The position numbers and the translations under genes are program-made. Of a DNA stretch of 32,000 nucleotides, positions 24,692 through 32,000 are shown piece after piece. The DNA comes from Candidatus Electrothrix yaqonensis (GTDB lineage Bacteria; Desulfobacterota; Desulfobulbia; Desulfobulbales; Desulfobulbaceae). The DNA is taken from NCBI GenBank assembly GCA_047651235.1, contig CP178758.1:2610001-2642000 (forward strand). The letters run 5' to 3'. Position 1 is the first letter of the stretch. The number at the start of each line of letters is the position of its first letter. The notes beneath the pieces were generated by a model, which worked only from the letters and a program-made list of their open reading frames with translations, searched no databases and had not been told where the DNA came from.

Positions 24692-24807
24692 AGCTGCGAT
24701 TCGTCAAGATCGACGATGGTGTCCCGGTCTGAGCTGCTCTGCCGGATAATCTCCAGCGGCGGAAAGTCGATAATGCCGATTATTCTGTTCATGGGACAGC
24801 TCGGGAT

Positions 24808-25518
24808 TCAATGCAGTTTTCTCTGCAGCACCCAGTTGTTCTGACGGGAAAAAATGTAGCTTCCGTCCTTCTTGAACATTGCAATATCTTTATCGTTGAT
24901 TGCGATAAGCAAGCCTTCATGCAAAATATTGCCATCTTTATCTCGAATGACGGAACAGATATCCAATTCTGTTTTCTGATCAGCGGAGCAACCGTTTTGT
25001 TTGAATAGAGTAATCTTTTTTTCGGCTATTTTCTGCCCTGCTGAATGAGCCACGAAAGAGGGAGACCACCAGAATACGGTTGTGCCCACTAACAACAACA
25101 GTAAAATCGGTGAAGAAAGTAATGCTATGCCACTTATTACGATAGACTTTTCTACGCGATTTCTATCTTTCTTTTTTAACCACCAGAAAGCTCCTGCAAT
25201 AAAGCATAAATCTAACAGAATAGTAAGTACAAACCAAGGGTTTATCTGTCTGATAGGTTCAGACATAGACAGCAGGCTGGACAGCAAGTTGATCAAAATA
25301 TGCGGAACAGCATGATAGGCGTTAATATAAATATATTGGGTTGATATGGGAAAAATATCTGAATCAATACCGAATGTACTCAGATATCCCTGATAAAAAC
25401 TGATTCCCAGCAGATAAGCGACTGCCGGAATAAAGGCAATAATCGCCGCACCGATTAACTGGATACGGACACTTTTTTTGTCGCCGGTATCCTGATTCTG
25501 ATCTTGGTCATTACTCAT
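24808..25518 (-). CDS. Hypothetical integral membrane protein (236 aa), AT-rich gene
   Basis: There are four to five hydrophobic segments (LIGAAIIAFIPAVAYLL, VPHILINLLSSLL, WFVLTILLDLCFIAGAFWW, ISGIALLSSPILLLLLVGTTVFWW) and then a soluble C-terminal ~90 aa. Its ATG overlaps the ispG stop as ATGA. No family is recognised. Confidence 0.6.
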   Translation of the reverse strand: MSNDQDQNQDTGDKKSVRIQLIGAAIIAFIPAVAYLLGISFYQGYLSTFGIDSDIFPISTQYIYINAYHAVPHILINLLSSLLSMSEPIRQINPWFVLTILLDLCFIAGAFWWLKKKDRNRVEKSIVISGIALLSSPILLLLLVGTTVFWWSPSFVAHSAGQKIAEKKITLFKQNGCSADQKTELDICSVIRDKDGNILHEGLLIAINDKDIAMFKKDGSYIFSRQNNWVLQRKLH

Positions 25519-26594
25519 TCTCTCGCCTCCGCATCCATCCTCCTTAACTCCTCCAGAAACGCAGGCAGCAGCTCGGCCTCCGGCAGCTTTTTGAACACCT
25601 CCCCTTTCTTGAAAATAATCCCGGTGCCGTGCCCCCCGGCAATACCGATATCCGCCTCTTTTGCCTCACCCGGCCCGTTGACCACGCAGCCCATGACCGC
25701 CACTTTGAGGTTGGACTGCATGGTCTGCAGGACCCGTTCTACCTCCTCGGTCAGCGAGAACAGATCGATCCGGGTGCGGCCGCAGGTCGGGCAGGAAATC
25801 AGTTCCGGGCCGCGTTCGCGGATACGCAGGGAGCGGAGCAGTTCAAAGCCCACCCGCACCTCTTCCAGCGGATCACGGGTCAGGGAGATGCGGAAGGTGT
25901 CGCCGATGCCTTCGGAAAGCAGGATGCCGAGTGCCACGCTGGATTTCACCGTGCCGGGAATCAGGCCGCCTGCCTCGGTCACGCCGAGATGCAGGGGATA
26001 ATCGGTACGGCGCGACAGCTCGCGGTATCCGGCAATGGTGGTCAGGGTATCGGAGGATTTGACCGAAATTTTGATCGCCTCAAAGCCCAGCTTTTCAAGG
26101 GCTGCCACGTTGTTCAACGCGCTTTCGATGAGCGAGCGGCAGTTTTTCGGAGTCGGATAGCCGTATTTTTTCAGCAGCTCTTTTTCTATGGACCCGGAGT
26201 TGACCCCCACCCGGACGGGTGCTTTGTGCAGCCGGGCTGCATCCACCACTCTGGCCAGCTTGTCCGGCCCGCCGAGATTGCCCGGATTGATGCGGATGGC
26301 CTGCGCACCGTGCTCCAGGGCAGCCACTGCCAACCGGGCATCAAAATGAATATCCGCAATCAGCGGGATGCTGATCTGCTCCCGGATGGCCCGGATGGCC
26401 TCTGCCGCAGTCATGTCCGGCACAGCCACCCGGATAATCTCGCAGCCTGCCGCTTCCAGCCCTTTGATCTGGCCTACTGTGGCTTCGACATCGCGAGTAT
26501 CGGTGTTGGTCATGGACTGCACCGTAATCGGGGCATCACCGCCTATTGCTGTCTTGCCGATAAAAATCTTTCTGGTTTGTTTTCGTTGGATCAT
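25515..26594 (-). CDS. ispG: 4-hydroxy-3-methylbut-2-en-1-yl diphosphate synthase (MEP pathway)
   Basis: The sequence MIQRKQTRKIFIGKTAIGGDAPITVQSMTNTDT...IIRVAVPD...IPLIADIHF...IRINPGN...VRVGVNSGS...CPTCGRT...AVMGCVVNGPGE is canonical GcpE/IspG, including the three Fe-S Cys. The track ORF start at 26687 adds 31 unlikely residues. Confidence 0.9.
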   Translation of the reverse strand: MIQRKQTRKIFIGKTAIGGDAPITVQSMTNTDTRDVEATVGQIKGLEAAGCEIIRVAVPDMTAAEAIRAIREQISIPLIADIHFDARLAVAALEHGAQAIRINPGNLGGPDKLARVVDAARLHKAPVRVGVNSGSIEKELLKKYGYPTPKNCRSLIESALNNVAALEKLGFEAIKISVKSSDTLTTIAGYRELSRRTDYPLHLGVTEAGGLIPGTVKSSVALGILLSEGIGDTFRISLTRDPLEEVRVGFELLRSLRIRERGPELISCPTCGRTRIDLFSLTEEVERVLQTMQSNLKVAVMGCVVNGPGEAKEADIGIAGGHGTGIIFKKGEVFKKLPEAELLPAFLEELRRMDAEARE

Positions 26595-26777
26595 GGAGTT
26601 GTCCTGCGTAAACCTGCGTAAAAGGAAAAAGAGGGGCAGAGCCGGAGAAATCTGAATATCCGAATATACCTTTCTGTCCGGTTCCATGCAAGGTTCTTGG
26701 GCCTGCCCAGACGCCGCCGAAACCGGTACGCGGCTTTACACAATCTTTACAAATTTCCTGCTGATCAACACAATTTC

Positions 26778-26805
26778 TTTACAGTCCATATGTATCCTGT
26801 AGTAT
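26778..26805 (+). promoter_or_regulatory. Candidate sigma70-type promoter for the yjbQ-family gene
   Basis: TTTACA (26778-26783), 16 nt, then TAGTAT (26800-26805), about 85 nt upstream of ATG 26889. This rests on pattern match only. Confidence 0.25.
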
Positions 26806-26888
26806 TCTTTTTCGGTCAATGACATCATTCTGCCTGAACAACACAACATCAACACAGAAATACAACACCTGCTGGAGGAGAAAAAACG

Positions 26889-27305
26889 ATGAAGAGCTAT
26901 CACAAGGAACTCTGGTTTAACATCAAGACCCGCCGCGAATTGATCAATATCACCCCGCAGGTCCAGGAATGCCTGGAGGAATCCGGCATTCAGGAGGGTC
27001 TCTGCCTAGTCAATGCCATGCACATCACGGCTTCGGTCTTTATCAACGACGATGAATCCGGCCTGCACCACGACTATGAGGTCTGGCTGGAAAAACTGGC
27101 CCCGCACGCCCCGGTGGAGCAGTACCGGCATAACGGCTATGAGGACAATGCGGATGCCCATCTGAAACGGCAGGTCATGGGCCGGGAGGTGGTAGTGGCG
27201 GTCACCGAAGGCAAGCTGCATTTCGGTACTTGGGAGCAGATTTTTTACGGTGAATTTGACGGGCGGCGGAAAAAACGGGTGCTGGTTAAAATTATCGGCG
27301 AGTAA
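26889..27305 (+). CDS. YjbQ/UPF0047 family protein (secondary thiamine-phosphate synthase-type)
   Basis: The 138-aa sequence ...[56 protein letters not shown]...[41 protein letters not shown] is a typical family pattern. A GGAGGAG SD is present. Confidence 0.8.
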   Translation: MKSYHKELWFNIKTRRELINITPQVQECLEESGIQEGLCLVNAMHITASVFINDDESGLHHDYEVWLEKLAPHAPVEQYRHNGYEDNADAHLKRQVMGREVVVAVTEGKLHFGTWEQIFYGEFDGRRKKRVLVKIIGE

Positions 27306-27397
27306 TTCATCTGCTGTTCATCTTGTCTCGGTAGAATAAAAGAAAGATCAGGTATGGCTATGTACAATTTTATTCATCCCAACTAAAGGAGGATACC

Positions 27398-27991
27398 ATG
27401 AACAAGTTCTACGAAAGCTCCCCAAAACCTGCTGGCAAAACCATGATGAACCGTGCGCTGTTTGCCCTGGCAGCAATGCTGATCTGTCTGTTCTGGGCAG
27501 GCGCAGCCCAGGCAAGCAGAGATGAAGGGTATGAACGGTACAGAGAGGAAAGCAAGATTTATGGTACAATCGACAGCATGCCTACTTCCGGCTTCAACGG
27601 TACATGGGTTATCAGCGGCCGTGAGGTTGAGGTCACGGACAGAACCCGGATCAAAGAAAAATACGGTCGGGCCGCAACCGGAGGATATGTGGAAGTCGAA
27701 GGATTCCGGGACGGCAATAAACTCACTGCGCATGAGATTGAGGTAAAACGCAGCAGAGAGTATCGTTCCGGTCGCGAAAAAATTAAACTGTACGGAAACA
27801 TCGAGACTCTGCCCAAGGAAGGCCTGAACGGTGTATGGCGGATCAACGGCCGGGAGGTGACTGTTGATCGAAATACACGCATCAAGGAGGAATACGGCAG
27901 AGTTGCGGTCGGTGCCTATGCTGAGGTGGAAGGCAGCCCTTCCGGCAACACCATTGCAGCCTATGAGATCGAGATCAAAAACAGAAGGTAA
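27398..27991 (+). CDS. Exported protein with two DUF5666-like beta domains (paralogue 1)
   Basis: An AAGGAGG SD is present. The leader is NRALFALAAMLICLFWAGAAQA. There are two copies of the module YG.I...P..G.NG.W.I.GREV.V...TRIKE.YGR...G.Y.EVEG....N...A.EIE.K. The family name is from memory. Confidence 0.75.
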   Translation: MNKFYESSPKPAGKTMMNRALFALAAMLICLFWAGAAQASRDEGYERYREESKIYGTIDSMPTSGFNGTWVISGREVEVTDRTRIKEKYGRAATGGYVEVEGFRDGNKLTAHEIEVKRSREYRSGREKIKLYGNIETLPKEGLNGVWRINGREVTVDRNTRIKEEYGRVAVGAYAEVEGSPSGNTIAAYEIEIKNRR

Positions 27992-28018
27992 ACAGGGCTG
28001 CACATAATGCAGGATGCA

Positions 28019-28067
28019 AGGGTGTGCGGACAGGTCAGCTACTCTGCACACCCTGTCCTGTTTTTTT
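28019..28067 (+). terminator. Intrinsic terminator after paralogue 1
   Basis: Either AGGGTGTGC...GCACACCCT (28019-27 / 28046-54) or the alternative GGACAGG...CCTGTCC (28028-34 / 28052-58) can form, followed by T7 (28061-28067). Confidence 0.65.
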
Positions 28068-28206
28068 CCTGTTGCTTTCAAAAAGGAAAAAGCCCGGTAA
28101 GCAACGGGCAGTCCGGGCCCGGACCGGGTTGACCTGCGGCACCTGCATGTATCGTTTTTCGACGATAAAACAAAATTTGCTCATCCCAATCTAAAAATAA
28201 GGAACC

Positions 28207-28563
28207 ATGAACAATCGTCTGAAAAAATTGCAAAAACATAACGGAGGAACAATAGTGAACCGTGCGCTGTTTGCCCTGGCAGTAATTCTGATCTGCCTGT
28301 TCTGTGCAGGCACTGCGCAGGCTGGCGACGACAGAAAGCATAAACGGTACAGAGAAGAACATGAGCTCTACGGTATGATCGACAGGATGCCGCGTTCCGG
28401 TTTTACAGGCATATGGATTATCGGTGGCCATAAGGTTGAGGTGACAGCCGGAACACGGATTAAACAAAAACACGGTCGGGCAGAAATCGGACGGTATGTA
28501 GAGGCGGAAGGTTTCTGGCGCGACGACAGACTCATTGCCGATAAGATTGAAGTGGAACGGTAG
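28207..28563 (+). CDS. Exported protein with one DUF5666-like domain (paralogue 2)
   Basis: The leader NRALFALAVILICLFCAGTAQA is nearly identical to that of paralogue 1. There is one module: YGMIDRMPRSGFTGIWIIGGHKVEVTAGTRIKQKHGRAEIGRYVEAEGFWRDDRLIADKIEVE. Confidence 0.7.
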   Translation: MNNRLKKLQKHNGGTIVNRALFALAVILICLFCAGTAQAGDDRKHKRYREEHELYGMIDRMPRSGFTGIWIIGGHKVEVTAGTRIKQKHGRAEIGRYVEAEGFWRDDRLIADKIEVER

Positions 28564-28616
28564 CAGAAAATATCGTTATGGCCAAGAGAGACTGTACCCC
28601 CAGGAGGACAGGTATC

Positions 28617-29222
28617 ATGAACAGTAATTACACGAAATCCCCGCGACATTCTGCGGCAGGAAAAATGATAACCGGCGCACTGTTTGCCCTGGCAGTAATT
28701 CTGACCTGCCTGTTCTGTGCAGGCGCAGCCCAGACCAGCAGAGATGAAGGGGATGAACGGTCCGGAGAGAGACGCAAAATTTATGGTCTGATCGACAGGA
28801 TGCCGGATTCCGGCTTTACAGGTATATGGGTTGTCGGCGGTCGTGAGGTGGAGATTACGGAGAGAACACAGATCAAAGAAGAAGACGGTCGCGCCGAAAC
28901 AGGGCAATACGTAAAAGTGGAAGGAGCCTGGAACGGCAACCGGTTCACAGCGTATGAACTTGAGGTGGAAGACCGCAGAGCGTATCGTGATGGCCGTATG
29001 GACAGCGTCAAGATGTTCGGGACCATTGAGGCCCTGCCCCGGGGAGGTTTTAACGGGGTATGGCGGGTCAGCGGTTGGGAGGTGACTGTTGACCGGAATA
29101 CACGAATCAAGGAGGAACACGGCAGAGTTGTGGTCGGTGCCTATGCTGAGGTGAAAGGCCGCGCCACCGGCGACAATACGTTTATAGCCTATGAGATCGA
29201 TATCAAAAACAACAGAAGATAA
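28617..29222 (+). CDS. Exported protein with two DUF5666-like domains (paralogue 3)
   Basis: An AGGAGG SD lies 9 nt before ATG 28617; the track start at 28578 has none. The leader is GALFALAVILTCLFCAGAAQT. Two modules are present, as in paralogue 1. Confidence 0.7.
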   Translation: MNSNYTKSPRHSAAGKMITGALFALAVILTCLFCAGAAQTSRDEGDERSGERRKIYGLIDRMPDSGFTGIWVVGGREVEITERTQIKEEDGRAETGQYVKVEGAWNGNRFTAYELEVEDRRAYRDGRMDSVKMFGTIEALPRGGFNGVWRVSGWEVTVDRNTRIKEEHGRVVVGAYAEVKGRATGDNTFIAYEIDIKNNRR

Positions 29223-29243
29223 AGGACTGCATTATACAGGGTT

Positions 29244-29290
29244 GCAGAGGGTGCGCAGATCAGCTGCTCTGCGCACCCTCTGCTGTTTCT
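29244..29290 (+). terminator. 15-bp-stem hairpin after paralogue 3 (terminator or attenuator)
   Basis: The hairpin GCAGAGGGTGCGCAG-atcagctgct-CTGCGCACCCTCTGC (29244-29283) is followed by the weak T-tract TGTTTCT. It is homologous to the 28019 hairpin. Confidence 0.5.
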
Positions 29291-29325
29291 ACTGATCCGA
29301 AAAAAATCCAAAAAGGAGGAAGCTC

Positions 29326-29952
29326 ATGACCAACGATCATCCTGCCCAGTCCGATAAACACGATGAACAGGTACCCCTGACCAACCCGGTCCGGGTCTGG
29401 CACCTGCTGATGATTCTGCTCTGCCTTGCAGCCTGGTTCACCGGTGAACTGGCCGGTGATTACAAGAAAATAGAGCACACCGGTTTTCTGATTCACCGCA
29501 GCCTCGGCCTGCTTGTTTTTCTTTCCCTGGGTTTTTATATCATCTACGGACTGGTCGGCCCCAAGGCCTGCCGCCTTTCCGGCTGGTTTCCCCTGACCGG
29601 GGAACGGCTGCGCCGGACAGGACAGGATCTGGCTGTTCTCCGTAAATTTAAGCTGCCGGAGCATAAGCGGCGGCAGGGACTGGCCGGAATGGTCCAGTTT
29701 TTCGGGATTCTTGTTTTTTCCTGGCTTGCCCTGAGCGGCACCGTAATGGCCCTGTCCATTACTCCGGGAATCCGGGCAGGCGGTATCCTGCACAGCCTGA
29801 TGGAGGCCCATGAAGCCGGAGCCGTGCTCATCCCGGTCTACCTGCTCCTGCATGTGGGGGCCGTGATTGCCCATTCCCTACAGGGAGACCATGTCTGGAA
29901 GGAGATATTTTTTATGCGGAAAGGATCTGCGGTCCAGCCGGACCCAGAATAG
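29326..29952 (+). CDS. Cytochrome b561 / Ni-Fe-hydrogenase-type b cytochrome family membrane protein
   Basis: An AAGGAGGAAG SD is present. There are four TM segments with His in the expected helices (VRVWHLLMIL, FLIHRSLGLL, HSLMEAHEAGAVLIPVYLLLHVGAVIAHSL), the PF01292-like pattern. Confidence 0.7.
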   Translation: MTNDHPAQSDKHDEQVPLTNPVRVWHLLMILLCLAAWFTGELAGDYKKIEHTGFLIHRSLGLLVFLSLGFYIIYGLVGPKACRLSGWFPLTGERLRRTGQDLAVLRKFKLPEHKRRQGLAGMVQFFGILVFSWLALSGTVMALSITPGIRAGGILHSLMEAHEAGAVLIPVYLLLHVGAVIAHSLQGDHVWKEIFFMRKGSAVQPDPE

Positions 29953-30121
29953 AGAGGAGCCATAGATGAGTAAAGCAACCTCCTGTTTTACGCAGCAGTC
30001 TCAAGTGGATTCAACGGTTGATCGATCAACTCTTAACAGGGAGACCATCGAAAAAATATTTCTCAGATTAAGCACTCCCGACACAGCAGCAGCATCGGTT
30101 TCATGGCAGTCTGTCCCGCAG

Positions 30122-32000
30122 TTACGTACCCCGGATCAGTTCCAGCAGTTCATCCGTGCTGATACGGGCGCCTGTATCTGTTCCTTCCAGTAGGGAATTT
30201 GCCAGATTGCGTTTTTCCTGATGGAGCTGGACTATTTTCTCCTCAATGGTACCGGCGGTCACCAGACGGTAGACCGTGACCGGCCGTTTCTGCCCGATAC
30301 GGTGCGCCCGGTCTGCAGCCTGGTCCTCCACAGCCGGATTCCACCAGGGATCCATATGGATCACATAATCCGCTGCCGTAAGATTCAGGCCGAGTCCGCC
30401 AGCCTTGAGGCTGATCAGAAAGAGGTCGCCCTTACCGGCCTGAAAGGCGTCCACCCTGCGCAGGCGTTCTTTGGCCGGAGTGGTGCCGTCCAGGTACTGA
30501 TAGGAAATTTTCTGCTGATCAAGATAGTCGCAGATCAGGGCCAGATGCCCGGTAAACTGACTGAAGACCAGGGCCTTGTGCCGGGAATCGAGCAGCTCTT
30601 CCACCACCTCGGCAAACACCCGGAGTTTGCTGGAAGTGATTCTGGTGTTCCGGTCAATGAGTTTCGGGTTGCAGCAGGCCCGGCGCAGACGCATGATCTC
30701 GGCCAGGATCTGGAGATGGCGGCCGCTCTGCTGGCCGTTGCTTTCAATATTTTCTATGGCCTGCTGCCGGACAGCCTCATAAAACTGCAGTTCCGATTTT
30801 TTCATTTCCACCCGCAGGGTGATTTCCGTTCTCGGAGGCAGTTCATCCAGCACTTCGGACTTAATCCGGCGGAGCATAAAGGGACGGATGAGCTTTTTCA
30901 GCTGGCGGCGGGCAGCCCGGTCATGATGTTTTTCAATGGGAATGCCGAAACGGCTGTTGAACTCTTTGTAGGTGCCCAGCAGGCCGGGATTGATAAAATT
31001 AAATAGGTTCCACAATTCCCCCAGGTGGTTCTCGATGGGCGTACCGGTGGTGATCAGCCGGAATTTGGCTTTCAGGCGCATGGCCGCTTTGGACCGTTTG
31101 GTGGCTGCATTTTTGATGGACTGGGCCTCATCCAGCACAGTGGTCTGCCAGGAGACTTTTTCCAGCAGATCGATTTCCTGCTGAAGCAGGGTATAACTGG
31201 TTATCAGGATATCCCGTTTTCCGAGGCCCAGGATAACAGCTTCTCTGTCCTCTGCTCCGGCAAGGCTCTGCAGGGTCAGGGTCGGGGCAAAACGGGCGAC
31301 CTCCTGCTCCCAGTTCATACAGACCGAAGTGGGGGCGATCACAAGCGTCGGCCCGGATTCGGCCCGATCCAGGATAACAGCGATGGACTGCAGGGTTTTG
31401 CCTAACCCCATATCGTCGGCAAGGCATCCGCCCATCCCGAGGTGGGCAAGTCGGGCCATCCAGATAAAACCCTCGGTCTGGTAATCACGCAGTTCCGCCT
31501 GCAGGGTGGACGGGACTTCCGGAACAAAATCCCGGGCAAAATCAATTCGTTTTAATTGCTCCCGCCAGCCTGTATCTGTACTGGTATTGGCCTGACGGGT
31601 CAGATCATCCAGGGCAAGGGCGGCCAGCGGATGCACCTGAATTTCATCCTCAGCCGCCCCCTTGGGTCCCTTGGTGTCACCGAACTGGATCAGCTCTTCC
31701 AGCCGGTCCCGGAACTCCTGGGTCAGGGCGAGAAACTGGCCCTTGCCCAGGGGGATAAAACGGCTGTGCGATTCACGGATTTTATCCAGCAGAGATTTCA
31801 GATCAATGACCTCATCCTGATCCACCTGAACATGACCGGAAAGGGCAAACCAGTTCTGCTGGCTGGTACGGATGTTGAGATTGAGCTGATTGACCCCGGC
31901 CCGTCTGCGGACAGCGAGTTTTTCGCCTTCAGGCCATTCCAGAACCACCCGGTCGCGGATTTCTTCCAGTTCCAGCAGGGCCTGCAGACATTCTTCCGGA
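30122..32000 (-). CDS. SNF2-family helicase/ATPase, C-terminal ~625 codons (gene continues past the window end)
   Basis: Motifs are LRDYQTEGFIWM, motif I DDMGLGKT, motif II VLDEAQSIKN, TGTPIEN, and helicase-C motifs LVFSQF, SLKAGGLGLNLT, DPWWNPAVEDQAADRAHRIGQ. The reading frame stays open through 31949-31999 (PEECLQALLELEEIRDR...). Confidence 0.85.
   Translation of the reverse strand, partial: PEECLQALLELEEIRDRVVLEWPEGEKLAVRRRAGVNQLNLNIRTSQQNWFALSGHVQVDQDEVIDLKSLLDKIRESHSRFIPLGKGQFLALTQEFRDRLEELIQFGDTKGPKGAAEDEIQVHPLAALALDDLTRQANTSTDTGWREQLKRIDFARDFVPEVPSTLQAELRDYQTEGFIWMARLAHLGMGGCLADDMGLGKTLQSIAVILDRAESGPTLVIAPTSVCMNWEQEVARFAPTLTLQSLAGAEDREAVILGLGKRDILITSYTLLQQEIDLLEKVSWQTTVLDEAQSIKNAATKRSKAAMRLKAKFRLITTGTPIENHLGELWNLFNFINPGLLGTYKEFNSRFGIPIEKHHDRAARRQLKKLIRPFMLRRIKSEVLDELPPRTEITLRVEMKKSELQFYEAVRQQAIENIESNGQQSGRHLQILAEIMRLRRACCNPKLIDRNTRITSSKLRVFAEVVEELLDSRHKALVFSQFTGHLALICDYLDQQKISYQYLDGTTPAKERLRRVDAFQAGKGDLFLISLKAGGLGLNLTAADYVIHMDPWWNPAVEDQAADRAHRIGQKRPVTVYRLVTAGTIEEKIVQLHQEKRNLANSLLEGTDTGARISTDELLELIRGT

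Noticed and set aside
24640-24792. 51-codon minus-strand ORF downstream of the membrane-protein gene
   Set aside because: It has no SD, it is below any meaningful length, and it contains the GC-rich hairpin. It is probably non-coding.
25629-26621. 330-aa plus-strand ORF opposite ispG
   Set aside because: The minus frame is unmistakably IspG. The plus frame is a high-GC shadow.
27383-29120. Minus-strand ORFs (232, 131, 250 and ~108 aa) across the DUF5666-like genes
   Set aside because: The plus-strand genes have SDs, signal peptides and repeated domain modules. The antisense frames repeat only because the sense genes are paralogous.
29260-29874. 204-aa minus-strand ORF opposite the cytochrome b gene
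   Set aside because: The plus frame has a strong SD and four TM helices with conserved His. The antisense frame has no support.
29966-30193. 75-aa plus-strand ORF with a GAGGAG SD after the cytochrome b gene
   Set aside because: Its last 72 nt overlap the 3' end of the convergent SNF2 gene, it has no recognisable motifs, and its composition is polar and low-complexity. It could be a real small protein, but I cannot support it.

Overview
This is a 32-kb chromosomal-looking segment with intermediate GC by eye, plus two clearly AT-rich gene-sized islands. I found no rRNA, tRNA, CRISPR array, transposase or integrase. Well-supported housekeeping genes are fhs (5' part only), an AsnB-type amidotransferase, a fused pabB-pabC, glgB, ispG, a YjbQ-family gene, an orphan sensor histidine kinase and a partial SNF2-family helicase. 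The taxon cannot be determined from the sequence alone. Between these anchors lie several unusual loci, mostly envelope or periplasm directed. (1) An exported, basic protein with about 13% cysteine, built from repeated CxxC knuckles, with no family I recognise (13619-14398). It is my top candidate for something undescribed. (2) A 1258-aa protein with an N-terminal membrane anchor, about 1100 residues of repetitive coiled coil, and a C-terminal OmpA-like domain (20667-24443). (3) Three tandem paralogous periplasmic beta-domain proteins (DUF5666-like, five domain copies in total) followed by a cytochrome b561-type membrane protein (27398-29952). (4) A divergent locus with an HU-like/Ig-like (DUF4469-type) protein, six 23-bp tandem iteron-like repeats, and a membrane-anchored 10x TPR protein that is split by a frame change (8661-12326). 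(5) A four-gene operon encoding AsnB-like, ABC exporter, GT4 and acyl-AMP ligase proteins, with an AT-rich GT4 insert (1996-8600). There is also a decayed MinD/CooC-type ATPase gene, a perfect 27-bp palindrome upstream of the kinase gene, and an AT-rich membrane-protein gene coupled to ispG. All homology statements come from my recognition of motifs, not from database searches. All counts are hand counts.
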